Shown piece after piece: positions 28,901 through 37,795 of a stretch of 41,432 nucleotides of DNA (the stretch's first letter is position 1; the number at the start of each line of letters is the position of its first letter). The stretch covers positions 1 to 41,432 of the forward strand of contig URXR01000001.1 in NCBI GenBank assembly GCA_900551925.1, written 5' to 3'. Made by a program: the position numbers and the translations under genes. The notes beneath the pieces are model-generated. The model saw nothing but the letters and a program-made list of their open reading frames with translations. It made no database searches and was not told the origin of the DNA. Origin of the DNA: an uncultured Mycoplasmatota bacterium. Lineage in GTDB: Bacteria; Bacillota_I; Bacilli_A; RF39; UBA660.

Positions 28901-29188
28901 TTATGAAATCATTTGTAAAACTAATGTTTCTAGTCTTTTTATAGTAATAGTATCTAAGCTATCTTTTATATAAATATTATTATCATTATTAAATACAAGT
29001 AGAATTAAACAAGATAGATTATTACTAATAATAATTTTATGTGGTTCATGAATAGAAAGGTTAGTTTTATTAAAATGAATATTTTTACCATTTATAAATT
29101 CTAAATGTAGTTTTGATATTTTAGGTATCTTGGTAATCTTTTCTTTGACACATAAAGGAAATTCTAATTGTTCTATGGTTATTTTCAT
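28901..29188 (-). CDS. Small hypothetical protein at the island edge
   Basis: 95 aa with AAAGGAGG 9 nt upstream of the ATG. Same orientation as the recombinase and just upstream of it. Confidence 0.55.
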   Translation of the reverse strand: MKITIEQLEFPLCVKEKITKIPKISKLHLEFINGKNIHFNKTNLSIHEPHKIIISNNLSCLILLVFNNDNNIYIKDSLDTITIKRLETLVLQMIS

Positions 29189-29213
29189 TTAAGTAAACCT
29201 CCTTTCCAACATG

Positions 29214-29250
29214 AAAAAATCCCATATCAACGAGCGATATAGGATATTTT
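29214..29250. terminator. Bidirectional hairpin insulating the island from tRNA read-through
   Basis: 10-bp stem atcccatatc/gatataggat (one G:T pair) with a 7-nt loop, flanked by A6 and T5. Confidence 0.55.
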
Positions 29251-29253
29251 TAT

Positions 29254-29280
29254 AAAATAAAACTCACACGAGGTGTGAGT
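29254..29280 (-). terminator. Island-encoded replacement terminator for tRNA-Gly
   Basis: 8-bp stem actcacac/gtgtgagt with a 3-nt loop (29262-29280), followed on the minus strand by TTTATTTT. Lies 11 nt after the tRNA end. Confidence 0.65.
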
Positions 29281-29290
29281 AATTCTCTCA

Positions 29291-29299
29291 ATGGAGCGA
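29291..29299. repeat. Right copy of the 9-bp direct repeat ATGGAGCGA (attR core, inside the tRNA-Gly 3' end)
   Basis: Identical to 20047-20055. Confidence 0.7.
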
Positions 29300-29366
29300 A
29301 CGACGGGAATCGAACCCGCATCCTAGCCTTGGCAAGGCCATATTCTAACCATTAAACTACATTCGC
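29292..29366 (-). tRNA. tRNA-Gly (anticodon GCC), CCA encoded
   Basis: Minus strand reads GCGAATGTAGTTTAATGGTTAGAATATGGCCTTGCCAAGGCTAGGATGCGGGTTCGATTCCCGTCGTTCGCTCCA. It folds as a cloverleaf with a 7-bp acceptor stem, anticodon loop TTGCCAA, T-loop GGTTCGATTCC and discriminator U. Confidence 0.93.
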
Positions 29367-29429
29367 AGAAATAAATATATTAATAATTTATCATTTTTTA
29401 TGATAAAAATCAATATATTTACTTATTTT

Positions 29430-30491
29430 TTATTCTAATTCTTCTACTCTTTCTTTATCTAATTCTACTCTACTAATAGAATCAAATCTTTTAGTTATTT
29501 TTTCAGTAGTAGTATGAATATCATTTACATCTTTACTTACTGTTTCAATACTTCTAGATAATTTATCCCATCTTTCTTTATATCTTCTAAATTCAGTTCC
29601 TAGTTTATTTAATTCTTCATGAATAATACTGGTATATTTATCTCGTTCAATATTTTTTAAAATCATTTGAATTACTGTTAAAGTTGATATTAAAGTAGTT
29701 GGTGAGGTTATCCATACTCTTTTTTTATAAGCATATTCAATTATATCTTGATGATAAGCATTAAGTTCAGCAAAGATTGCTTCAGCTGGGAGGAACATAA
29801 TAGCTTGGTCACTAGTTTCTCCAGGAATAATATATTTACTGCTTATAGCGTCAATATGTTTTTTAACATCCGCTTTAAATAATTTTTCATACCTTTCTCT
29901 TTCTATATTTGTTAAGTTTTTATCTACCATATTTTGATAGTTTTCTAAAGGAAATTTAGAATCTATTGCAATAGTGCCAAGTGGCTGTGGAGCAAAAAGT
30001 ATTGAATCTGCTATAGCATGATTAGATAATGTATATTGCATTCTATAAATGTTATCATTCTTTTCGCCAAAGATTGAAGTTAAGATGTGTTTTAAATTAA
30101 CTTCGCCAAAAATTCCTCTAGTTTTTTTATCAGTTAAAATACCTTGTAAAGAGATAATATCTTTTGATAATAAATCAATCTTTTTTTGAGCTTCATCTAT
30201 TTTAGATAATCTTTCTAAGACATTTACAAAAGTTTTATTAGCTTTTTCAAAATTTTGATCTAATCTTTCATTTACTTTTTCATTCATAAGAAGTAGTCTT
30301 TTTTCTTGTTTTTCGGAAAGATCATTAAAATCTTTGTTTAAACTACTTTTTAAATCACTTAAATCTTTGGTAATACTTACTTCTAGTCTTCCTAACCTAT
30401 CAGTAATATTGGCTTCATTAATATTTTTAAATAAACTAATTACTACTAAAATTAAAATTACTACTAATAATCCTATAATTATATACTCCAT
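29430..30491 (-). CDS. rmuC: DNA recombination protein RmuC
   Basis: N-terminal TM helix, long coiled-coil and a C-terminal RmuC nuclease-like region (DSILFAPQPLGTIAIDSKFPLENY, IMFLPAEAIF). Confidence 0.88.
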   Translation of the reverse strand: MEYIIIGLLVVILILVVISLFKNINEANITDRLGRLEVSITKDLSDLKSSLNKDFNDLSEKQEKRLLLMNEKVNERLDQNFEKANKTFVNVLERLSKIDEAQKKIDLLSKDIISLQGILTDKKTRGIFGEVNLKHILTSIFGEKNDNIYRMQYTLSNHAIADSILFAPQPLGTIAIDSKFPLENYQNMVDKNLTNIERERYEKLFKADVKKHIDAISSKYIIPGETSDQAIMFLPAEAIFAELNAYHQDIIEYAYKKRVWITSPTTLISTLTVIQMILKNIERDKYTSIIHEELNKLGTEFRRYKERWDKLSRSIETVSKDVNDIHTTTEKITKRFDSISRVELDKERVEELE

Positions 30492-31073
30492 TTACTTCTC
30501 CACCTTTACTAATTTTTCAATTATTTTACTAATTATATAAGCTCCAAGGACTAGAACTCCTACTTTTATAAAGTTTATTGGGTCTTTTAGACTATCAACA
30601 AAGGAAACAGCGATGTAACCATAGAATAATAACATAGCAGGCTTTCCTATTAGAAGAGCTATTAGATATTTACGCAGAGGAATATTACAAAGTCCAGCAG
30701 CTATATTAAGGGCAAACGCCGGAGTTACGGGAAGTGCTATTAAAACTACTAAAATATTAAAATCTATTTCAGTAAGTTTTTTCATCCATCTAGTGATAGT
30801 CTCTTGATTTTTCTTAGAAAACCAATTAAGGAAACGGTCTTTTATTACGTATCTAAATAAGCAAAATGATAACATACAACCACATAACGTTGCTATATAA
30901 GAAATTAAAAAACCAAAAATGTTTCCAAAGGAAAGCATATTTAAACCAACGATTACTCCAAGTGGTAAGACTGGTATTATTGATTCTAATATCACTAAGA
31001 AAAAGCCTCCCATGAAGCCAAAGGAAACCATATAACTAACAACTTGATCAATTAAAAGTGATATTTTTTCCAT
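30492..31073 (-). CDS. TVP38/TMEM64 (DedA/SNARE-associated) family membrane protein
   Basis: Five or six TM helices, with the typical FLISYIATLCGCMLSFCLFRY...R motif region. Abuts rmuC. Confidence 0.75.
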   Translation of the reverse strand: MEKISLLIDQVVSYMVSFGFMGGFFLVILESIIPVLPLGVIVGLNMLSFGNIFGFLISYIATLCGCMLSFCLFRYVIKDRFLNWFSKKNQETITRWMKKLTEIDFNILVVLIALPVTPAFALNIAAGLCNIPLRKYLIALLIGKPAMLLFYGYIAVSFVDSLKDPINFIKVGVLVLGAYIISKIIEKLVKVEK

Positions 31074-31134
31074 AATACTCTCCTTAATACTATGTTTTTA
31101 TTATAACACTTTTCCTTTAAATTTAGTATAGCAT

Positions 31135-32025
31135 TTATAAATTTTCAAAAAATGTGACAAGTCCTAAACTAGAATCTATTTTTCCAGTTTTTATTTTGAT
31201 ATCGATATCTCCTAGATTTTTAAGAATTTTTAATACTTCTTTTTCCGATATTAGATTAGTTTGTTCTTTTAATTTACTAAATCTATAAGGATGAAATTTA
31301 TATTCTTTAATTATTTCATCATCTTTATATTTTTTTATTTTAAGCATTATTTGATAAAGAAGCCTATAATGATTGGCTAAAGTATAAATAATTTTGTCAT
31401 CGGTTTCTTTTTCTAATAATAGTTCTTGATATATTTGATACATCTTTTCTTTATCATGATTGTTGATGCTATCTATTAGATTAAAAATAGTTGAGTCATA
31501 ACTTTTTTTTACTAATTTTTCGATGTCTTCTTTTGTTATTTTTTTATCATTTGTTTTATATATTTTTAATTTTTCTAGTTCATTTTCTATTCTTGATATG
31601 TCGTTATTACAATAATTAATAAGCATGTTGATATCTAGATAAGACATAGTATAATTCTCTAAATTTTCTTTAATATAATTGGTTACATCATATTTAAATA
31701 GTTCTTTGTAAGTAGTTTTTTCTTTTAAAATTTTAGTAAGTTTTTTTCTATTATCTAGTTCTTTATTATTAGTTAATATTAAAATATTATCACTTTCATG
31801 TTCTAAGTATTTAATAAGATCTTCAGGAGTAGTTATTTTATCAATATTATTTACAATAACTATTTTTTGACCAAATAAACTAATGGTATTTAAGTCTTCT
31901 AATACCTGGGTAAGAGTATTTTCTTCTAAGTCATAAGTTATAATATTTTCTTTATTTTTATCTTTTAAAATTTTAGATATTTCTGTTTCTATATAATCTT
32001 TATTTCCAATAAATGTGTATGTCAT
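31135..32025 (-). CDS. holA: DNA polymerase III delta subunit
   Basis: 296 aa. N-terminal clamp-loader-like fold region (LFGQKIVIVNN). C-terminal helical domain is HolA-like (STIFNLIDSINNHDKEKMYQIYQELL...DIDIKIKTGK). Confidence 0.75.
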   Translation of the reverse strand: MTYTFIGNKDYIETEISKILKDKNKENIITYDLEENTLTQVLEDLNTISLFGQKIVIVNNIDKITTPEDLIKYLEHESDNILILTNNKELDNRKKLTKILKEKTTYKELFKYDVTNYIKENLENYTMSYLDINMLINYCNNDISRIENELEKLKIYKTNDKKITKEDIEKLVKKSYDSTIFNLIDSINNHDKEKMYQIYQELLLEKETDDKIIYTLANHYRLLYQIMLKIKKYKDDEIIKEYKFHPYRFSKLKEQTNLISEKEVLKILKNLGDIDIKIKTGKIDSSLGLVTFFENL

Positions 32026-32072
32026 AATAAAAAACTCCTAACAAAGATAGTATAACATAAATCAAAAAAAAG

Positions 32073-32762
32073 CTAAACTTTTATGATATTTTTTAGCTTT
32101 TTTATAACTTTTTTCTCTATTCTAGAAATGTAAGACTGGCTAATATTTAGTTTTTTAGCTACTTCTTTTTGGGTTAGTTCATCTTTACCATTTAAACCAT
32201 ATCTTAAGTACATTATTTCTTTATCTCTTTTGTCTAATTTTTCTAGTTCTTCTTTTAATAATTTTTTATTATAAGCTTCTTCTAGTGGTTTAGTAACAAT
32301 ATCTTTTTCAGTTCCTAAAATGTCTTCTAGATGTAGTTCATTGCCATCACTATCAAAACTTAGTGATTCTTCAAAAGAGATGTCTGCTTTAGTTTTTTTG
32401 TTTTTTCTTAGATACATTAATATTTCATTATCAATACATCTAGAGCAATATGTAGCTAGTTTAATATTTTTACCTCTTTTGTATGTATTTATTCCTTTGA
32501 TTAACCCAATCGAACCAATACTTACTAAGTCTTCTAGATCTACTTTAGTGTTTTCATAACGTTTGGCTAAGAAAACTACTAATCTTAGATTGTGTTCTAT
32601 TAGTTTATCTTTAGCTTTAATGTTACCATTTTCTTTTAATTCTAAAAGTTTATCTTCTTCTTCTTTAGAAAGTGGTGGGGGCAGAATATCGGTTGCTCCG
32701 ACAAAAAAGATATTATTTTTTCTTATTAGTTTTTTTATTAGTTTTAATAGTTTTTGTTTCAT
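32073..32762 (-). CDS. sigE: Sporulation sigma factor, pro-sigma-E
   Basis: Pro-sequence followed by ILPPPLSKEEEDKLL, IEHNLRLVVFLAKRYENT, LATYCSRCIDNEILMYLRKNKK and a region 4 HTH. Lies immediately downstream of spoIIGA. Confidence 0.9.
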   Translation of the reverse strand: MKQKLLKLIKKLIRKNNIFFVGATDILPPPLSKEEEDKLLELKENGNIKAKDKLIEHNLRLVVFLAKRYENTKVDLEDLVSIGSIGLIKGINTYKRGKNIKLATYCSRCIDNEILMYLRKNKKTKADISFEESLSFDSDGNELHLEDILGTEKDIVTKPLEEAYNKKLLKEELEKLDKRDKEIMYLRYGLNGKDELTQKEVAKKLNISQSYISRIEKKVIKKLKNIIKV

Positions 32763-33543
32763 TATTTTCCTCCCATAAGTTTGTATTTAAAATTATATCA
32801 GCACTATGTAAGTGGAATTTGTCATTTGAAAGGGCTAAATAGATATTTTCAAAAAAACCTTTTTCTTCAATAAATATCTTATCTAATTTTATACATTTCA
32901 TTACTCCGGTACTATTTAATGTTGTGAAAGGAATATAGTAGATATTTTTATCAGTTAAATCTAGTTTGATATTTTTATTTAAAATTAGAACTGGTTTTTT
33001 AAAGTATAAAAGATCGTTTCCGGTATCTAAAAATCCGGTTAAATTTAGTTTTTGGTTATCAATAAAAAGGGTTGTTTTATATTTTTTATTATTTTCTCTT
33101 TTGGTTTTTCTTAGGTATTTAGAATAAATTATGGTAGAGATAAATCCAATAACTATAAGGAGCATAAGATTAAGGCTTTTTCCATTAGTAAAGAAAATCA
33201 TACCAACGTTTGAGTACCCTACTTCGATATTTATTAGATATAAAACTCCTCCCATTAATACTGATAATATGATTAAATAGATAAAATTATTCAGGGTATA
33301 TTTTAAATCTTTATAGGAAAAAGTAATAAGAAGCATTATAATAGCTAGAAGCATTTTTAGAATAAAAAATAAAAGTGAAGAAATATCGAAAAGAAGTATA
33401 AAAAAGGAAAGACTTCCAAATAATGCTCCTAGAAAAAGTCTAATTTTCGAGATATTTCTTTTTAAGACTATGGAAAGGGCTAAAAGAAGAATAAAGTCAT
33501 ATAAAAAATTAATAAGAAAAACATAGTCTAAATATATTTTCAA
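32713..33543 (-). CDS. spoIIGA: Sigma-E processing peptidase SpoIIGA
   Basis: Five N-terminal TM helices and the aspartic protease motif GFLDTGNDL. TTG start with a GGTGA RBS. Confidence 0.88.
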   Translation of the reverse strand: MKIYLDYVFLINFLYDFILLLALSIVLKRNISKIRLFLGALFGSLSFFILLFDISSLLFFILKMLLAIIMLLITFSYKDLKYTLNNFIYLIILSVLMGGVLYLINIEVGYSNVGMIFFTNGKSLNLMLLIVIGFISTIIYSKYLRKTKRENNKKYKTTLFIDNQKLNLTGFLDTGNDLLYFKKPVLILNKNIKLDLTDKNIYYIPFTTLNSTGVMKCIKLDKIFIEEKGFFENIYLALSNDKFHLHSADIILNTNLWEENNETKTIKTNKKTNKKK

Positions 33544-33609
33544 AGTTATTCACCATATTAAGTATAATTTTTATATATTTAAAACTATGTCTTTTTTTGT
33601 TCTTATTAA

Positions 33610-34959
33610 TTATTTATTTTCAAAACTTTTTACTATTTTTTTAAATAGAGTTCCCCTATCTTCACATTGTTTAAATTGGTCCCAAGAAGCACTTCCAGGA
33701 GAAAGTAAGATAACATCTCCAGTAGAGCTTATTTCATAAGCTTTTTCGGTAGCTTTATCAATGTAATCATAAATATAAGTTGGTACATTGATGGACTTTC
33801 CAAAATCTCTTACTCTTTCACGGCACTCGCCCATTCCTATTACGGCTTTAATATTTTTAGAATATGGTTTTAAATCTTCAAATTTTTGACCTCTTTCTAA
33901 GCCTCCGAGTAAAATTATAGTTGGTTCAGTAAAACTAGCTAAGGCTATTTGAGTACATTTAATATTAGTGGCTTCAGTATCATTATAGAAAATTCTGCCA
34001 TTTATATTGCCGACGAATTCTAAACGGTGTTCTACTCCGGTAAATTCTTTTAAGACTTTGACAATACTTTTAGTAGAGCAATTAAATTCTTTTACTCCCA
34101 TAACTGCTGCCATGATGTTTTCGTAATTATGAACTCCTCGTAGTTTTATATCTTTTAGATCTATTATTTCTTCATCATAGTAATAAATTTTATTATTGTC
34201 TATATAAGCTCCATTGATTTTTTCTTTTGATGAAAAATATTTTTTAGTACTTTGGGCATTTTTTACAGCACTAAGAAGTTCTTTATTTTCTTTATTTAAA
34301 ATAGCAACATCATCTTTAGTTTGATTTTTTATAAGTTTACTTTTAACATATTTATAATGCTCATAAGTTTTCATAAAATCAATGTGGGCTTCAGTAATAT
34401 TAGTCATTATGGCAACATCAGGATTAAATTTATCTAAGTTTTCTAGTTGCTGACAAGAAGTTTCCATAACTATTATGGTATTAGGTTTTATATTATCTAC
34501 AAATGAGCAAAGTGGATAACCGATATTACCAGCAAGTATTACTTCTTTTTTGTCTTCTTTTAAAAAGTTATAGCAAAGAGTTGTTGTAGTTGTTTTACCA
34601 TTACTTCCTGTAATTGCTAATATTTTGATGTTTTTATCTTTAGGAAGACATAAATAAGCCATTTCTACTTCATTGATAACAGAAATACCTAGTTCTTTAG
34701 CTTTTAGAACATATTTATGGTCTATAGGTACTCCAGGATTTTTTATTAAATAATCTAAATCTTTAGTAATAAGATTATCAGGATGAGAGCCTAAGATTAC
34801 TTTTACTCCTAGGGACTTTAATTCTTCAAGAATTTCTTTATCTTCAGAGGTTTTTTTATCATTTATAGTGATAGAACATCCTCTTTTACTTAAGAACTTA
34901 GCAGCCGCGATGCCACTTCTAGCTAGTCCTAAAATTAAAACTTTTTTATTTTCAAACAT
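33610..34959 (-). CDS. murD: UDP-N-acetylmuramoyl-L-alanine--D-glutamate ligase
   Basis: N-terminal Rossmann GLARSGIAAAKFL, Mur ligase P-loop ITGSNGKTTTTTL, C-terminal domain GVEHRLE...LLSPGSASWDQF. Confidence 0.95.
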   Translation of the reverse strand: MFENKKVLILGLARSGIAAAKFLSKRGCSITINDKKTSEDKEILEELKSLGVKVILGSHPDNLITKDLDYLIKNPGVPIDHKYVLKAKELGISVINEVEMAYLCLPKDKNIKILAITGSNGKTTTTTLCYNFLKEDKKEVILAGNIGYPLCSFVDNIKPNTIIVMETSCQQLENLDKFNPDVAIMTNITEAHIDFMKTYEHYKYVKSKLIKNQTKDDVAILNKENKELLSAVKNAQSTKKYFSSKEKINGAYIDNNKIYYYDEEIIDLKDIKLRGVHNYENIMAAVMGVKEFNCSTKSIVKVLKEFTGVEHRLEFVGNINGRIFYNDTEATNIKCTQIALASFTEPTIILLGGLERGQKFEDLKPYSKNIKAVIGMGECRERVRDFGKSINVPTYIYDYIDKATEKAYEISSTGDVILLSPGSASWDQFKQCEDRGTLFKKIVKSFENK

Positions 34960-34990
34960 GTTTTTCCTCCTTTAGTACTTTTATTTAATT

Positions 34991-37045
34991 TTATTGTTTT
35001 GGTTTTTTAATATTGTCTTTTTCTTTTAAATTATGAACATTTACTACCTTTTTTCTTGCGCTTTTCCAGTTTCCTAGGCTATCTAGTTTCTTAATTCTAT
35101 CTTCTGATAGTTTTCCTTTTTTATATGTTCTTCTTTGATTAATAAGCCATTGCCCTCCGAGTTCTTTTTGGGTTGGAAACCTGTCATTTTCTTCTTTGAA
35201 CTTTTTTACTATTTCAAAATTTTCTTCCCATTGTTCATCTAATATCTCATCATAATTAGGATTCCAGTCTCCTAAGCTATCTAGTTTCTTAATTCTATCT
35301 TCTGATAGTTTTCCTTTTTGATAAGCTTGTCTTTGGGTATGTAGCCAGTTCCCTCCGGGTTCTTTTTGGGTTGGAAATCTACTTTTTTCTTCTTTAAATT
35401 TTTTCACTATTTCATAATTTTCATCCCATTTTGTATCATTAGGACTATGCCACTCTCCTAAGCTATCTAGTTTCTTAATTCTATCTTTTGATAGTTTGCC
35501 GTTTTTATATGCTTTTCTTTGATTGTTAAGCCATGGCCCTCCGGGTTCTTTTTGGGTTGGAAACCTTTTATTTTCTTTTTTAAACCTTTTCACTATTTCA
35601 TAATTTTCTTCCCACATGTCATCATGAGTTTTTCCTTGAGCGGGATTCCAGTCTCCTAAACCATCTAGTTTTTTAATTCTATCTTCTGATAGTTTTCCTT
35701 TTTTATATGCTGTTTTTTGAGTGTTAAGCCATTGTCCTCCTGATTCTTTTTGGGTTGGAAATCTACCTTTTTCTTCTTTAAATTTTTTCACTATTTCATA
35801 GTTTTCATCCCAGCCATAGGTTGCTTTTATATCTAGTTCTTCAATTAATTTTGTTATTTCTTTATAATCATCTATTATTTTGAAGGCTTTTACCTTTTGG
35901 TCTATTTCTTCTTTAGTTTTATTGTTCTTTTTCATTACTTTTATTACTGTTTCTCTTAATAGTTCTATATCTTTTAAACATTTTATGTTATTTACTATAT
36001 CAAATATTAAGGGCTTTTTATTCTTTCCGGTTGTTAAGCCTCTTCCAAGTTGTTGCATATATAATATTGGAGATGATGTTGGTCTTAACATTATTACTGC
36101 ATCTATATCTTCTACATGTACTCCTTCATTTAACATTCCTACTGAAAATAATAGTTTTAATTTGTCATTTTTTAAATAATGAAATCTATCTAAGATATAT
36201 TTATTCATTTCTTCATCTTCTTCTGAATGAATATAATTTATATCTAAATCTTTATTTATTTTATAAAACCAGTTTGGACATTCTTTTATCATTTCTTTTA
36301 AATGTTTTATGTCTTTTGTAAATACTAAACATTTACTATCTTTTTTCTTTAAGTATTTTTCAAATATTTCTGGTAAGTTTTCGGCTTGTTCTATTAATCT
36401 TCTGGCTTTTTTTAGTTCTTTTTCTAATTCTTTTTTCTCTTCTTTATCTTTTATTTTGGCTATTTTATTTTCTAAGTTTTCTAAGTCTTCTTTAAAGGAG
36501 TAAATGGCATTTATATATATTGGTGGGGATAAAATTCCCATAGCTATAGCATATGGTAAGGTTATATGAGATGCTACATTACCATCGAATAGTTCTTCGG
36601 ACATATCTCTTTTGCTATCTAAATATCTTACTGGAGTTGCTGATAAACCTAAAACATTGGCTGTTTTATTATTTTTTAGTAGTTCTTTTACTCCTTCGCC
36701 CCATTTAGGTGCTCCTGCTCTATGGAATTCATCTAGTACTATTAAATCATAATTTTTATTAGGGTCATTCATTAGTTTTCTATAAGTTATTATTTCTAGA
36801 TTGGGAAAATCTTTTTCTAGAGTCATATTATTTTCTCTTATAGTTTTTTCTATTTGAGATATTATTGAAAGAGAAGAAGTAACTAATAAACTTTTTTTAT
36901 TTTTATTTTCATTTAACCATTTTAAAGCTATATAACTTTTTCCAGTTCCAGTGGGATGAATTATACAACATTTTTCTCTTTCTTTTATCATGTTTTTCAT
37001 TTTGTCATAAGCTTTTTGATTATGTTCGTATAGATTTATTTCCAT
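34991..37045 (-). CDS. Superfamily-2 DEAD/DEAH-type helicase with four C-terminal helicase-associated (HA) domain repeats
   Basis: Motif I HPTGTGKS, motif II LDEFH, motif III SAT, motif VI QQLGRGLT. The C-terminus has four copies of W(D/E)ENYEIVKKFKEE..RFPTQKE.GG.WL..Q+.AYKKGKLSEDRIKKLDSLG.W. Confidence 0.88.
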   Translation of the reverse strand: MEINLYEHNQKAYDKMKNMIKEREKCCIIHPTGTGKSYIALKWLNENKNKKSLLVTSSLSIISQIEKTIRENNMTLEKDFPNLEIITYRKLMNDPNKNYDLIVLDEFHRAGAPKWGEGVKELLKNNKTANVLGLSATPVRYLDSKRDMSEELFDGNVASHITLPYAIAMGILSPPIYINAIYSFKEDLENLENKIAKIKDKEEKKELEKELKKARRLIEQAENLPEIFEKYLKKKDSKCLVFTKDIKHLKEMIKECPNWFYKINKDLDINYIHSEEDEEMNKYILDRFHYLKNDKLKLLFSVGMLNEGVHVEDIDAVIMLRPTSSPILYMQQLGRGLTTGKNKKPLIFDIVNNIKCLKDIELLRETVIKVMKKNNKTKEEIDQKVKAFKIIDDYKEITKLIEELDIKATYGWDENYEIVKKFKEEKGRFPTQKESGGQWLNTQKTAYKKGKLSEDRIKKLDGLGDWNPAQGKTHDDMWEENYEIVKRFKKENKRFPTQKEPGGPWLNNQRKAYKNGKLSKDRIKKLDSLGEWHSPNDTKWDENYEIVKKFKEEKSRFPTQKEPGGNWLHTQRQAYQKGKLSEDRIKKLDSLGDWNPNYDEILDEQWEENFEIVKKFKEENDRFPTQKELGGQWLINQRRTYKKGKLSEDRIKKLDSLGNWKSARKKVVNVHNLKEKDNIKKPKQ
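35023..35821 (-). repeat. Four tandem coding repeats of roughly 190 bp (HA-domain modules)
   Basis: Near-identical stretches of about 45 nt (ctaagctatctagtttcttaattctatcttctgatagttttcc) recur near 35074, 35271, 35458 and 35653. Confidence 0.85.
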
Positions 37046-37108
37046 TTCTTTACTCCTTATTTCACTTTTATTATAGCATAAATAACAAAAAAAGTAATGA
37101 CCTAGTCA

Positions 37109-37786
37109 TTAACTTCTTTTTCTTACTAATTTATAGATATCATCATGAATTGCTAAAGGCGTTTTCATAGCATTTTCTTTATTACAGCTTATAATATTCC
37201 AATTTAAATAATTGGCGACGAATAAAGCATTTTCATAGACTTTCTTTTGAAACGCTAAGTCTTTTTCATGGATGTCTCCTTCGATAGCTTCGCCTTCTTC
37301 TTCTTTTCGTTTTTTTCTTAAACTATTTACTAAATCTAAAGGCGCGGTTAGAAAAATAACATTATCTGGTTTAGCGATATTTAATTTTTCATATTCAAAA
37401 TCTATTACGTAATCAATGAATTTCTTCTTTTCTTCGATGTCTTCGATTAATGCTGACTGGTAAATTAAACTTGAAGTTGTATAGCGATCTAAAAGAATAG
37501 TGTTTCCCTCTTCATATTCTTGTTTTAACTTTGTTTCCCAGGTAATAGCACGGTCTATAGCATATAAACTATTTACAAAATATGGAGATAAATCTTTAGG
37601 ACTACCAAGATTACCTTTTAAGTATTCTTCAACTGGTTTTCCTTGATAGGTATTATAAGATGGAAAATGATGACTTATAATCTTTTCTCCTTCTTTTTCT
37701 AATCTTTCTTTTAAGAGATTGTACTGAGTAGTTTTACCTATTCCATCACAAGCTCCTTCGATTACAATTAGTTTTCCTTTTTTCAT
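37109..37786 (-). CDS. tmk: Thymidylate (dTMP) kinase
   Basis: P-loop IVIEGACDGIGKTTQ, HFPSY...YL motif, DRYTTSSLIYQSA. Confidence 0.8.
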   Translation of the reverse strand: MKKGKLIVIEGACDGIGKTTQYNLLKERLEKEGEKIISHHFPSYNTYQGKPVEEYLKGNLGSPKDLSPYFVNSLYAIDRAITWETKLKQEYEEGNTILLDRYTTSSLIYQSALIEDIEEKKKFIDYVIDFEYEKLNIAKPDNVIFLTAPLDLVNSLRKKRKEEEGEAIEGDIHEKDLAFQKKVYENALFVANYLNWNIISCNKENAMKTPLAIHDDIYKLVRKRS

Positions 37787-37795
37787 AATTAATCC

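Larger units (their letters stand above)
20047..29299. mobile_element. Integrative mobilizable element (about 9.2 kb) in the 3' end of tRNA-Gly(GCC): large serine recombinase + MobV relaxase + cargo
   Basis: 9-bp direct repeats at both ends. The recombinase gene lies near the tRNA-proximal end. A Pre/MobV relaxase is present. No replication, conjugation-pore or phage structural genes are present. Confidence 0.75.

Noticed and set aside
20047-29299. Considered whether the island is a prophage or an integrated plasmid.
   Set aside because: There are no capsid, tail, terminase or lysis genes, and no Rep protein or partition genes. A recombinase plus relaxase only fits an IME better.
32713-32762. 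The 50-nt overlap between spoIIGA and sigE could indicate a frameshift or a misassembled junction.
   Set aside because: sigE has a strong RBS (GGGAGGAAAA) correctly spaced before its ATG, inside the Lys/Asn-rich tail of SpoIIGA. Both proteins are full length with intact motifs. The overlap is best explained as a non-conserved C-terminal extension of SpoIIGA.
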